64,000 bases of DNA from a virus (Duplodnaviria > Caudoviricetes). A program made the translations under genes and the position numbers. Location of the stretch: positions 160,001 to 224,000 of the IMG/VR virus record IMGVR_UViG_3300047321_000298, one strand, 5' to 3'. Under the pieces are notes generated by a model. The model saw nothing but the letters and a program-made list of their open reading frames with translations. It did no database searches and was not told the DNA's origin. Of this stretch, positions 19,142 through 28,900 are shown piece after piece; within the stretch, counting starts at the first letter, position 1, and each line of letters starts with the position of its first letter.

Positions 19142-20389
19142 GTGCCCTACGTTGATCGCTCAAATTCCAGAATAATGCCTGCAAACTCGCGCACCGCCGA
19201 CGTTGCAGAAAAGGCGATCCAGGAAATTATCCCGGTGCAGCAGCGTCGTTACTACGATAGCTTTCGCGTGCAAGGCATACAGTGCATCCATTATTCGCGA
19301 CTCACCTCCGGACGCAAGTGCAACTGTCAATCTTCGGCAAAACAGTTGAATGGTCTGCTCGATAAAAGCGGTAAGGCGAGCACCGGAACCATCAACCAGT
19401 TGTTGACCGGCAACCTCGAATTCAACGTCACTCCGTACAACTTCGATCAGAAGAGGCTCCCCGGAGTAACGAGCGCCCAGACTTCTCCGCAGGCACCAGC
19501 AAACAAGAATCAGGGGGTGTTCGACATCGCGACTGCGTCCGACGATATCCCGTTTGCTGACCTGATCAAAGGGACGCACGGCATGGGCGACAACGGTCCA
19601 GTCGAAAACACGACGATTGATGAACTCGTGGGTGACTGGGACCCTTCGATCATGGGCTTCTCCGACGTTGCGTGCCCGATCTGTTTCGGTACCGGCTTCG
19701 TATCCGGTTTCTCACCGTTTCACGGTCACCGTCAGGTGCTGGCCGTGCCCGATGTTCAGTTGCTGGCTGGCTCTGACATCGACACGCTCAAGCGCCCATT
19801 CACAGCACAGACACCCGGCTTCAACGTCGTCGTGATACTGCCCGCTGGAGCCATTGGAATTGACGTGTTCCGCGTCTGGAATATGGCGAACCCCGTGAAC
19901 AATGTGCAGATGTCGGTTGACGGTACGCCTCTCACTTCAGAGGCACAGTTGATGCAGTACTGCAACGGCAAACCACATCTGTTGCGCTTCACGGGGCCGA
20001 ACGGTCAACCGTTCGAATTCACGCACCTCGAAATACAGTTCCAGTTGACTACAGAATCTGTGTACTTCGAATTCCCCAAGCGCTCAACTTCGAACAACAC
20101 GGACCTTCTCGAACAGATGGAGCCGTTCAACATCATCGTTTCACCCAATCTCCCAACTCTCGAATCGATGGACATCATCGTTGAGCAGCAGCTAGGAAAA
20201 ATTCTGGTTGTTCAGAACACGAACCCTTGGCGTTCGCGTCAGCGAAACGTGCTGGGATGGGAAGCACAGGTGCGAGTGATCCAGCCCATGGAACTGTTCC
20301 GTATCTTGCCGATGCGTGGGCGGGTGATGAACAAAGACGCGACCACTAGGATGGTGCGGCCGAACTCTACAGGACCGCGCGTCACTTAA
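19142..20389 (+). CDS. virion structural protein, putative neck/head-closure protein
   Basis: KCNC...CPICFGTGFVSGF motif typical of large-myophage neck proteins; first gene after an AATTTCAT motif. Confidence 0.5.
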   Translation: MPYVDRSNSRIMPANSRTADVAEKAIQEIIPVQQRRYYDSFRVQGIQCIHYSRLTSGRKCNCQSSAKQLNGLLDKSGKASTGTINQLLTGNLEFNVTPYNFDQKRLPGVTSAQTSPQAPANKNQGVFDIATASDDIPFADLIKGTHGMGDNGPVENTTIDELVGDWDPSIMGFSDVACPICFGTGFVSGFSPFHGHRQVLAVPDVQLLAGSDIDTLKRPFTAQTPGFNVVVILPAGAIGIDVFRVWNMANPVNNVQMSVDGTPLTSEAQLMQYCNGKPHLLRFTGPNGQPFEFTHLEIQFQLTTESVYFEFPKRSTSNNTDLLEQMEPFNIIVSPNLPTLESMDIIVEQQLGKILVVQNTNPWRSRQRNVLGWEAQVRVIQPMELFRILPMRGRVMNKDATTRMVRPNSTGPRVT

Positions 20390-20398
20390 GGACGATAT

Positions 20399-21202
20399 AT
20401 GGAAGCAGCAAAAAGACTGGCAGCATCGGAAAAATCATGTTCGATGGAACTACCGCGTTTCCGTTACATGGACGACGTGACGCGGTATCTGTCGAACATG
20501 CGGTCAGATATCGAAGACTCTGAGAATCTAATCAGGGTTACACAGAAGGCGCTGGCGTCGCTCACCAAAGCAAAGATCGAAGCACAAAAGATCGACCCGG
20601 AAATCAAGAAGAAAGTCGTGCCGTCCGTGTCAAAGCTCCAGTCACAGTATGGCCTGATTGAAGACCTCTACGAGAAGCACCGGACACTGGAATCCGTCGA
20701 GTCGCAGATCACGCTGCAGTTTCCCGTGCGCAAGGGCGAGGTCTACGAGCGGACAACTGCGACGCTGCGTGAACTGAAGAAGAAAGTGGAAACACAGTTG
20801 CGGACGGTTCTAGATTTCCTTCGCGACATCTCGAACAAGCACGAGCCCAAGTCTTTCGCGAAATATCGACAGGCGGTGATTCAGGAAATTCAGGAGCGGC
20901 TGGAATTCCGCGACTCCGAGCAGTATCTGTATGTGTCCACTGCCGACTCTGACCTGATTTTCACCTCGTACTTCCTGTTGAATGACGTGCTGACAGAGGA
21001 CAGGCGGAAGGTTCCGAACCTGTACGTATCTATTCAGTGGGTGGTTGGTACAGGCGTCTTCACGCATCTGTCCAACGAGTTCGAACTCCCCGAAAGTCTG
21101 ACACACGAGCCGGGTACCGAGTGCAAGACGATGGCGGAGACGGTCACCTCGCTTTCGAACCTACTCAGCGCAGAAGGCTTCTTCAATAAACAAGGTAAAT
21201 GA
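20399..21202 (+). CDS. hypothetical late protein with shortened leader
   Basis: MEAAKRLAASE. Confidence 0.65.
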   Translation: MEAAKRLAASEKSCSMELPRFRYMDDVTRYLSNMRSDIEDSENLIRVTQKALASLTKAKIEAQKIDPEIKKKVVPSVSKLQSQYGLIEDLYEKHRTLESVESQITLQFPVRKGEVYERTTATLRELKKKVETQLRTVLDFLRDISNKHEPKSFAKYRQAVIQEIQERLEFRDSEQYLYVSTADSDLIFTSYFLLNDVLTEDRRKVPNLYVSIQWVVGTGVFTHLSNEFELPESLTHEPGTECKTMAETVTSLSNLLSAEGFFNKQGK

Positions 21203-21203
21203 T

Positions 21204-21566
21204 ATGTACGCGAAATTAGATAGGCGTCAGGGGCAATTCCACAGCGTGGAGCTAAAGCTTGTGTCGAAACAGGGGAAGACGCTGAAGAACTGGTGCAAGC
21301 CTGAAGAAATGAACACGTATCTCAGAGAGAACGGCTTCAGGAATGGCCCTGGCGGCACGCTCGAAACAGACAAAGAGTTGCAGAAGAAAGGAACGTTCGC
21401 AGACGCCCAGCACCTCGCTACAGACGGAGACTTGCCGATTGGCAACTTGGACATGAAGACAGGAGGCGGCGTGAATAACTACGCGATGCCCTCGATCCCG
21501 GTTCAAGGCGCGGCAGAGCGGCTGCTCGCAACCAAAGAATGGCCTTTCCCTGAGAAGGATGAATGA
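21204..21566 (+). CDS. hypothetical late protein
   Basis: C-terminal VQGAAERLLATKEW. Confidence 0.65.
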   Translation: MYAKLDRRQGQFHSVELKLVSKQGKTLKNWCKPEEMNTYLRENGFRNGPGGTLETDKELQKKGTFADAQHLATDGDLPIGNLDMKTGGGVNNYAMPSIPVQGAAERLLATKEWPFPEKDE

Positions 21567-21568
21567 TT

Positions 21569-23113
21569 ATGGCGGCACCCTTTCTGTTTTTCAAAGAAGT
21601 CCTACCCGACCTGTCGTATCAGGTAGACATCTCGCAGTACATCAACCAAGCCGAAACGATTACGTCAATCGTAGCCTCTGCGCCGCTTCCCACATCGTCC
21701 GCACCCCTGGCCGTCACGATCACCTCAGGACTCAGTCCCGTGATCCGGATGACAGCATCTGGCGGCAATGAAGCTGTGAGCTACGGCTACACACTGACGG
21801 TCACGACGACAGCACAGGTGCTTCTGTTCACGGTCGCAATCACCGTACAGGACCCGTCCTTTGTTCCGTACATCACTTCGAACCCAAGCGCCTTCCAAGA
21901 CCTCGTTGACGAGATTCAAGCGGGCGACGCGGCAATCGCTTCATCCGTTTTCGCGTTTCCTGCCGGTATCGATCCTTCAGGCGGTTTCGTCACGTGGGAG
22001 CTTCTGGCGAGTGACGGCACAGTGTATTCAGCCGGTAACGCGTTCGAGTACAAGATCATCCAGAATGGTCTGTCGAACACGGTGATTTCGCGCTGCGTTA
22101 TCTCGGTTCCGTCCACGGTCCCGCCGTCGCTGGACGGCCAGAAATACCAACTTCGATACACGCTGGCTCTGCCTCAGGACTCAGGAACCCCACAAGACCC
22201 GACGACCGGCGCGCTGTCACAGAACACGTTCTTCCAGTTCGAAAATATCCGCGTCGTATCGCTTACGAACGTTCCGCTCGGTACTCAGCCATCTGTGGAG
22301 CTTCAGGGCGTCAACGCAACTGTTTCGCTGGTCACAGATAAGCCCTACGACAACGTGACGGTTGAAATATGGGCGGGTACTTCGCAGGTTGCTCCCGCGT
22401 CGGTGATTCAGGAATTCGAGCGCACGGCGACTGGTTTCTGCTTTTCTGGCGTGATCAACACGTCACAGTTCCAAGTATCGCTGGTTCCGTATCAGGTGAT
22501 CTGGAAATACTGGGCGTCGAATAATCCCGGTGTCGTGTACCAAGAATCGGCCGATCTGTTTGTGATCAACCCTTCGATCATGAACGCGATCAACAACGTC
22601 AAGGACAAGATCAACAAGGCGCGCACAACGCTCTACGGTCATCCTGATCTGTTGTATCCGAACGCCGTGATCATGACTTGGCTGCGCCGTGGGGCAGATG
22701 CGTTTAACGCTGCATACGGTCAGTTCACTAGCTTCACCATGACCGACGCGCTGGGCCCGATCCGCGAATTCTGGCTGCTCGAAGCCGAACTGTCAGCCAT
22801 CCGAGCGCAATACCTGGCTGAGGGTGAGAAAGCATTCGACTTCCAAGGCGGTGCAATCTCACTCGAAGTGGATCGTACGCAGTATCTCGATACTGCTGCG
22901 CAGGCGATAGAAAACGTACTCGATCAACAACTGAAGCTGATCAAGCAAAACCTGATCATCAAAGGCAACACGTCCGGAACAGGCGCGTCTGGAGCGAACG
23001 CTGGTGCCCTTCAACCGGGTGCTATCGGGGCCGTTGGAATCACCATCACTCCCGCAAGCATGTTCGGACGTTTCTCCCCAGCGTATGGACTAAGTGGGCC
23101 GCGCAATTTGTAA
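21569..23113 (+). CDS. virion structural protein (beta-rich N-terminus, helical adaptor-like C-terminus)
   Basis: S/T/V-rich composition; position in the structural region. Confidence 0.55.
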   Translation: MAAPFLFFKEVLPDLSYQVDISQYINQAETITSIVASAPLPTSSAPLAVTITSGLSPVIRMTASGGNEAVSYGYTLTVTTTAQVLLFTVAITVQDPSFVPYITSNPSAFQDLVDEIQAGDAAIASSVFAFPAGIDPSGGFVTWELLASDGTVYSAGNAFEYKIIQNGLSNTVISRCVISVPSTVPPSLDGQKYQLRYTLALPQDSGTPQDPTTGALSQNTFFQFENIRVVSLTNVPLGTQPSVELQGVNATVSLVTDKPYDNVTVEIWAGTSQVAPASVIQEFERTATGFCFSGVINTSQFQVSLVPYQVIWKYWASNNPGVVYQESADLFVINPSIMNAINNVKDKINKARTTLYGHPDLLYPNAVIMTWLRRGADAFNAAYGQFTSFTMTDALGPIREFWLLEAELSAIRAQYLAEGEKAFDFQGGAISLEVDRTQYLDTAAQAIENVLDQQLKLIKQNLIIKGNTSGTGASGANAGALQPGAIGAVGITITPASMFGRFSPAYGLSGPRNL

Positions 23114-23124
23114 AGGATAACCAG

Positions 23125-23481
23125 ATGCTCAATGTCTTACCTGATCTTCGTTATCTGGCAGCTAACGGGATGGACCTGGTACTGATGGTTATGGTAGCTG
23201 CGTCCGTCGCTATCTTGCTCAAAATCCAGAGAACGAAGGATGACTACGATCTGCGCTCCGTCATATCTGACGAGAACGGACAACCCTCAATCCACAAGAT
23301 CGGACAACTGATCGCGCTAATGCTGTCTACGTGGATGCTGGTGTATCTGGCACTCCACAACCAGATGACTGAAGGTTATTTCGGTACGTACATGGGAATC
23401 TGGGCAGCGGCTCAGGCAGCAGATAGATGGCTGGGTCGTGGTGGAGATAAGCCGGAAGGCGACAGACCTCCGGAGCGGTAA
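23125..23481 (+). CDS. small membrane protein, possible holin
   Basis: 2-3 hydrophobic segments and a charged C-terminus; no endolysin seen nearby. Confidence 0.4.
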   Translation: MLNVLPDLRYLAANGMDLVLMVMVAASVAILLKIQRTKDDYDLRSVISDENGQPSIHKIGQLIALMLSTWMLVYLALHNQMTEGYFGTYMGIWAAAQAADRWLGRGGDKPEGDRPPER

Positions 23482-23515
23482 TTTGAGGTAGTAACTCAAC
23501 CAAAAGGAATCGATC

Positions 23516-24010
23516 ATGACGATTAACTACGTGCAGTTGAAAGAAGCTATGGCCGCAGCAGGACTTCCTGTTTCGCAGGGTGCCGCGTGGCTGGGCTCGG
23601 ATGATGGTTTGTACATTCAGCAGTACGTTCCGGGGGTCGCCTACGCAGCAGGTGTACGCCCTGACCGTTCGAACGCACATTACGGTCTGGCGTACGCGGG
23701 GGCTATGCCTGCTGCCCTCTCTGCTGCTGTTACCGGCGCTCAGTACAGCGCAACGCTCGCAGGTTCTCCGCTGACCGGTGTGCACTCATCAGCCCCGGTT
23801 ACCTGGACGCTGACTGAAGCACACAAACCGGCCGGTGCAACCGTGTCGTATCTGTGGGCGCTGGGTGATGGCACGAACCAGACCACCTCAGTCCCGTCCG
23901 TCACACGCACTTACACGGCTGCTGGCTCGTTCACCGCGACGTGCACTCCGACCATCAACGGAATTCCGCAGACCCTCGTGACGGCTGCGGCACCGGCAGT
24001 TCTGACGTAA
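23516..24010 (+). CDS. PKD-domain virion decoration protein
   Basis: SYLWALGDGT...VTRTYTAAGSFTATCT PKD signature. Confidence 0.8.
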   Translation: MTINYVQLKEAMAAAGLPVSQGAAWLGSDDGLYIQQYVPGVAYAAGVRPDRSNAHYGLAYAGAMPAALSAAVTGAQYSATLAGSPLTGVHSSAPVTWTLTEAHKPAGATVSYLWALGDGTNQTTSVPSVTRTYTAAGSFTATCTPTINGIPQTLVTAAAPAVLT

Positions 24011-24020
24011 GGGGTAGCAC

Positions 24021-24341
24021 ATGTGGCAGCGCCGTGTGCGGACCGGACGTAGGAACTCGCACGGCGTTGCTCCCATCCGTCGCGAGAATTACTCAACTGT
24101 GAACGGCTTTACGCAGAAAGACGGGTGGTGGGAAGTACGTAAGAAGGTCGAGAAGAGGTCAGGTGGGAAATGTGAAGCGTTGATCGCGGGTGTGCGATGC
24201 GGCGCGAAAGGCACCGACGTTCACCACATCATCCCCCTATCAAAGGGAGGGACGAACAGCCTTTCAAATCTGCTCATGATCTGTCTCTCCTGCCACGAAA
24301 AGCGCCACCGTCATCTGTTCAGGGCTGGTTACAGTAAATAA
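24021..24341 (+). CDS. HNH endonuclease (possibly packaging-associated)
   Basis: CE...C...DVHHIIPLSKGGTNSLSNLLMICLSCHEKRH. Confidence 0.92.
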   Translation: MWQRRVRTGRRNSHGVAPIRRENYSTVNGFTQKDGWWEVRKKVEKRSGGKCEALIAGVRCGAKGTDVHHIIPLSKGGTNSLSNLLMICLSCHEKRHRHLFRAGYSK

Positions 24342-24357
24342 AAGGTAAGAGGTAGTT

Positions 24358-24795
24358 ATGGAAAACGAACAGCAGTTGCAGCAACTGATTACGCTGTTTC
24401 TCGAAATCAATCCGAACCCGTCAGATCAGCAATTCCACATGCTGGCTGACAGCATCGGTGTGGATCACGAAGCACTTGAAGCAGTGTCGTACGCGATGCT
24501 TGCCAAGGATGGTCCGCAACAATCTGTTATGTCCGGAACCGAAGACCTGTCGGAATCGCAAAAGGTTCTGGACGGTGACTACGATCCGAACGTCACGTCG
24601 CCCGATGATCTGCTGTTGAACGACGGCGCACCCGAAGGCACGTCGAACATTCAGGAACTGCAAGACGACCTGTACGACGATGGCGTGGCGGCCGACGACA
24701 TTGGGCTAGGCGTATCGAGCGATAAGGATGCGATGGTTTCTGATGGCGCACCTGCCGTCCAGTTGAAAGCACACTCACGACTCATGGGTGGCTAA
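24358..24795 (+). CDS. acidic hypothetical protein
   Basis: NPNPSDQQFHMLADSIG helical N-terminus; D-rich middle; C-terminal VQLKAHSRLMGG. Confidence 0.7.
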   Translation: MENEQQLQQLITLFLEINPNPSDQQFHMLADSIGVDHEALEAVSYAMLAKDGPQQSVMSGTEDLSESQKVLDGDYDPNVTSPDDLLLNDGAPEGTSNIQELQDDLYDDGVAADDIGLGVSSDKDAMVSDGAPAVQLKAHSRLMGG

Positions 24796-25479
24796 ATGGC
24801 CGATCCGTTTCTGTCGAATCTGGGGATTGACTCGCTGAAGCAGGCGAGACCCCCAACGGGTTCTGCGTTTCCGCTGGCGTTCAATCAGAACAACTCGTAC
24901 ATCTGGCAAGAGGCGGTTCAGCTAATCACTTCGTCAGGGGACGCCGCCACTGACTGGGTACTCGCTATCCGAAAGTACGTGGATATCTGCGAACAACGCG
25001 ATCTGTTTCCTTTTCAAAATGTCCAGGCCAACCGCAACGACTCGATTGCAGATTATCTGCGCGAGCGACGCACCGCGTTCGTTCAGTTCTGTGAGGCTGT
25101 CGAGTTTTTCACAGACATGAAGGTACGGGACACGCAGCGAAAGGTAACGATGACGGACTCTGGTTTCATGCTCCGTGGCGAAGCCAAGGTTCGGGTGGAG
25201 GACCCTTCCTTCGACCAATGGCTACAGCAGAAACCGGCAATGCAGTCGGTAAATGACCGGTTCTCTCGCTCTCTGATGTCTGGGATCGACGTATTTGCAG
25301 AGCGCGGTGAGTCTGATGTCTGGACCCTTGGGTACGAGATTGCATGTCCGATGTATCCGGAAGTTCCAGATAGCCCGCTGCCGTCCCGCGCCACGCTGGA
25401 AAACTTTGTCCTGTCCGTTTTGTGGATGCCTGTTTTGCGGTGCATGCGTCCATCTAATCTTGCTCACCGTTTGATCTAG
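24796..25479 (+). CDS. hypothetical protein
   Basis: Adjacent ORF, 227 aa. Confidence 0.65.
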   Translation: MADPFLSNLGIDSLKQARPPTGSAFPLAFNQNNSYIWQEAVQLITSSGDAATDWVLAIRKYVDICEQRDLFPFQNVQANRNDSIADYLRERRTAFVQFCEAVEFFTDMKVRDTQRKVTMTDSGFMLRGEAKVRVEDPSFDQWLQQKPAMQSVNDRFSRSLMSGIDVFAERGESDVWTLGYEIACPMYPEVPDSPLPSRATLENFVLSVLWMPVLRCMRPSNLAHRLI

Positions 25480-25484
25480 GAGAA

Positions 25485-25826
25485 ATGATGGACTACGTTT
25501 CAATCATCGGGGATGTGCTTCATGTTGTGATCGCCGCGCCTCTGTTGGGTGTCGGCATCGTGATCGGTGCTATCGGCTACCGCTACCTGCTGAAGAACGA
25601 GCCTTCGCTGCTCAACAGTCTTGTGTCGGCGGCCTACACGGACCTTCAAGCCGCGCTGAAGGCTCTGGAGGCGAAAGCTGGAGCCGCAGTAATGCCCACC
25701 CCAGCGACGACCACGGCAGCGGCACCAACGAGCGCTGCGCCAGCCGCCGTAGTAACCACAGCCGTGGATGCTGCCGCTGCTGTAACCACCACAGCCGCAA
25801 CACAAGTAACAGACGCTAGTAAATAA
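25485..25826 (+). CDS. membrane-anchored protein with Ala/Thr-rich tail
   Basis: N-terminal TM segment; low-complexity C-terminus. Confidence 0.65.
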   Translation: MMDYVSIIGDVLHVVIAAPLLGVGIVIGAIGYRYLLKNEPSLLNSLVSAAYTDLQAALKALEAKAGAAVMPTPATTTAAAPTSAAPAAVVTTAVDAAAAVTTTAATQVTDASK

Positions 25827-25860
25827 AAAGTGAGAAAGCAAATCTGTTGCTAAATTTTCA

Positions 25861-25887
25861 CCCGGCACCTAAAAAGTGCCGGGTTTT
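25861..25887 (+). terminator. intrinsic terminator
   Basis: cccggcac-N7-gtgccggg-tttt. Confidence 0.65.
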
Positions 25888-25906
25888 CGTCGTTCCTTAA
25901 AAGACC

Positions 25907-28900
25907 ATGAAACTGCGCCCCTCTACAAATCTGATCGTCCCGCAGCATCTCGCCCTTCCGCGCGCTCAACTGAAAACGGGGTTCTTCCATGTGTACGGCG
26001 CGCACTATGCGGGCTCTCCGGTCATGTACATGACGAAGCTATGGGCGTCGCTGTTCTTTCCGTCCCTAACGCTGAATCCCAAGTTCGGACAGTCACGCAA
26101 CCGGGCGAAGATCGGAGATGCGCTGCGCAGGCTCACGCGTCCGTCCTACCTCAAAGTCAAGATCGAGCGCCAGTTCAAGGACCCGCACATCATTGCGTCG
26201 GTTCCGGTCTTTTCGTGCTCTGCAAACAATGCAGGCGGCGCATTCTCTTTCCTTTACGATCACTTCGTGCGCCCACCGCGCACGAACGACGCGTACATGC
26301 CAACGGCCGAACAGGAAGCAGAAATTCAGGGACTCCGGGCGTATTTCACGGACGAGTCACAGGAGGCTCAGGAGATTGTCTTTTCTCCGCTTCAGGTGCT
26401 GCACTCGCTCCGACATCTGACTCAGAATGAGCAGGGGATGCTCCGCCAGTCTCTGCAATCAGTGCGAATCGTGCGGAAGAAGGGGCTTGCGGTTTTCTTC
26501 GTTGACTTCAAAATCACGAGAGCGGAAGCGCAGCAACTCACCACAACCGAATGGCACCAGCTTCGCGAAATCGACATCTATCCGCTGCTCCTGCAATGGA
26601 CGATGACTAGTTTCGGTGAGCGTGAACCAGCGCCGCTGGCATCGTTCCCGATTTCGAAGATTGCACTGTCGTTGCCCGCGTCTCACGTCGAATCGGCGCG
26701 CGTCAGTGAGCATGGGCTGTCGATTGGGCCCAACGGCAAACCGTACTACCTGCCGCGATCAATTGATCGTCAGCATACCGTTCAATACGAGGATGCATAC
26801 ACGCAGGCCGGTATGCGTCCGGATGGATCGTATGCGCTGACAGACATTCACGAAGGGGCAGAAGCTCACGCGGCCGGTACGGAAATCAAGGTGAAGCTTC
26901 CGAAGTCTGTGCCTGTCCTGATCGACTGGGTGAACAACAAATATTCGTACACGGATACGAACGGGCTGCTCCACGTGATGGACCTGATGCGTTTCCGGAA
27001 GGCTGAGATTCCGCACGTCCGCATCTTGCTCGCAGAACACTACATCACCGAAGAGCGTTTGGAGCTATTCCTGAAGTTGGGGAAAGCTGCGGGCGTCAAG
27101 GACATGGAGTTCATGCCAACAAACGACGATCTTGAACGCGCGCCGTACACGATTCGTCACGAGTTGATGCGTGCGGCCACGCCTAAGCGGTGGTTTGATG
27201 TTGCGCTGCTCGGCTGGCAGATCGATAAGGACCGCGAGGACTTGCCGTTCCGGGAAGTGTCAGCTACCGCTTACCCGCCGTTCCGGCCGCTGGCTGAGTT
27301 TCTCAAGCTGATCTGCAAAGAAGTGTTGGCGAACCTAGCTGCGGTGTATCGTGAATATTCGGTGCGAACGGTCATGGAGAATCTGTCGTGGCTCGTGATG
27401 ATGGCTGAATACAACGAGCGCTTTGACCAGATACAGGCTGAGGACTTGCTCATTCGCAAACCCGCAATCGAGCAGGGAGTACTTCCGGATTGGTCACTTC
27501 CGGAGTGCCCGCTGATCAACCGTTCGCTTGACATCGGTCTGATTCCCCATCAGGTGAAAGTCAGGAACCTGCTACGCGAATCGCCGCTGTTTGCGTTGAT
27601 TCCGGTGCAGGCGGGCGGAGGTAAGACTCTGTTGCTGCTGACTGACATCCTGTACGAAATCCAGCGCGGAAATCCGGGGCCTTTCCTCATCATGTGCCCG
27701 GGGCATCTGGTTTCGAACTACGTGAACGAAGTGCTGTATTTCACGGGCGGGCGTATGAACGTGATGCCCGTCACGTCTGCGGTAATTCGTGAGCATGGCG
27801 TGGAGCGCCTACAGGAAATGATGGAGGCGCTGCCCATTAATTCGCTGGTCGTCGTGGACTACGACACGTTGAAATACCGGCAGCAAACAATCTGCTACGG
27901 AACGACACCGGTCGCTTTGTATCCAGTGATCGATTTCCTGCGTCAGTTCAGTTTCGCGTACGCCGGACTTGACGAGAGTCACCGCGTGAAGCGGGATACG
28001 GCACGAACCAAGGCCGCGATGTGCCTGATCACGGATATTCCGAAACTGCGCCTGGCGTCAGGCACGATGGCCCATGATTCCCCGTCAGATATCGCGATGC
28101 AGGTTGCTTCGATGGACCCGACATTGTTCGGCACGCGCGAGGAATTCAACCGTAAGTACGGATCGTATGTATCGGGTGGTCGGGTCATGCATTGGAGAGA
28201 GGGCGCACAGGAACAGATCAGACACAAAATCAATTCGCGGATCGTCGTGGCTGGAGCCATGCGCAAGGAATGGGCTGCATTCCTGCCGACCAAACGCGAA
28301 TGGATCGGCGGTGTCGAACTCAAAACTAACCAGCAGCTAGTGTACGACTCGATTCTTGAAGAGACGTTGGAAAAAATCCAGGAGGATGCGAAGGAGAACA
28401 AGGAACTCGCGAAGTTCCTGAAGCCCCAAACGAGCATTGTGCCGAGCCAGAACGATCCAGAAGCGGACGACGATGATCCGCTGGACGAAGACGCCGGGTC
28501 GGACCTCGCGTCGCTTCTACGGCCGTATTTGGCCCGTCTGGAGCGATTCTTGTTGGCACCGGGCAAAGACGAGCTTGGGGCGAAGCTACTGGAAGGCAAT
28601 GATCTGGTTTCACCGAAGGCTAAAGCTGTAATCGAGCGCCTCAAGCTGCACATGTTCGGCGGGAAGGTCCGGGATTCAGAAGGGGTGGAGCAGGAAGTTG
28701 GCCCAACACCTGGAAAGGTCCTGATCTTCACGAACTACATTATCTCGGCTGAAGCGATTTGGGAGCTAGCTGGTCCGGAGCTTCAGAAGTGCGGGATTCT
28801 GTACAAGGCCGAAGACAAGTCCGAGTGCGTTGCACGCTTCGAGAAGCTCGATTCGCTGCAATGGATGGTCGGTGTCGAGCAGTCGATGAACGAAGGTTTG

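Noticed and set aside
24358-24500. Homeodomain-like LFLEINPNPSDQQFHMLADSIG
   Set aside because: Resemblance by eye only; the recognition-helix W-F-x-N is absent.
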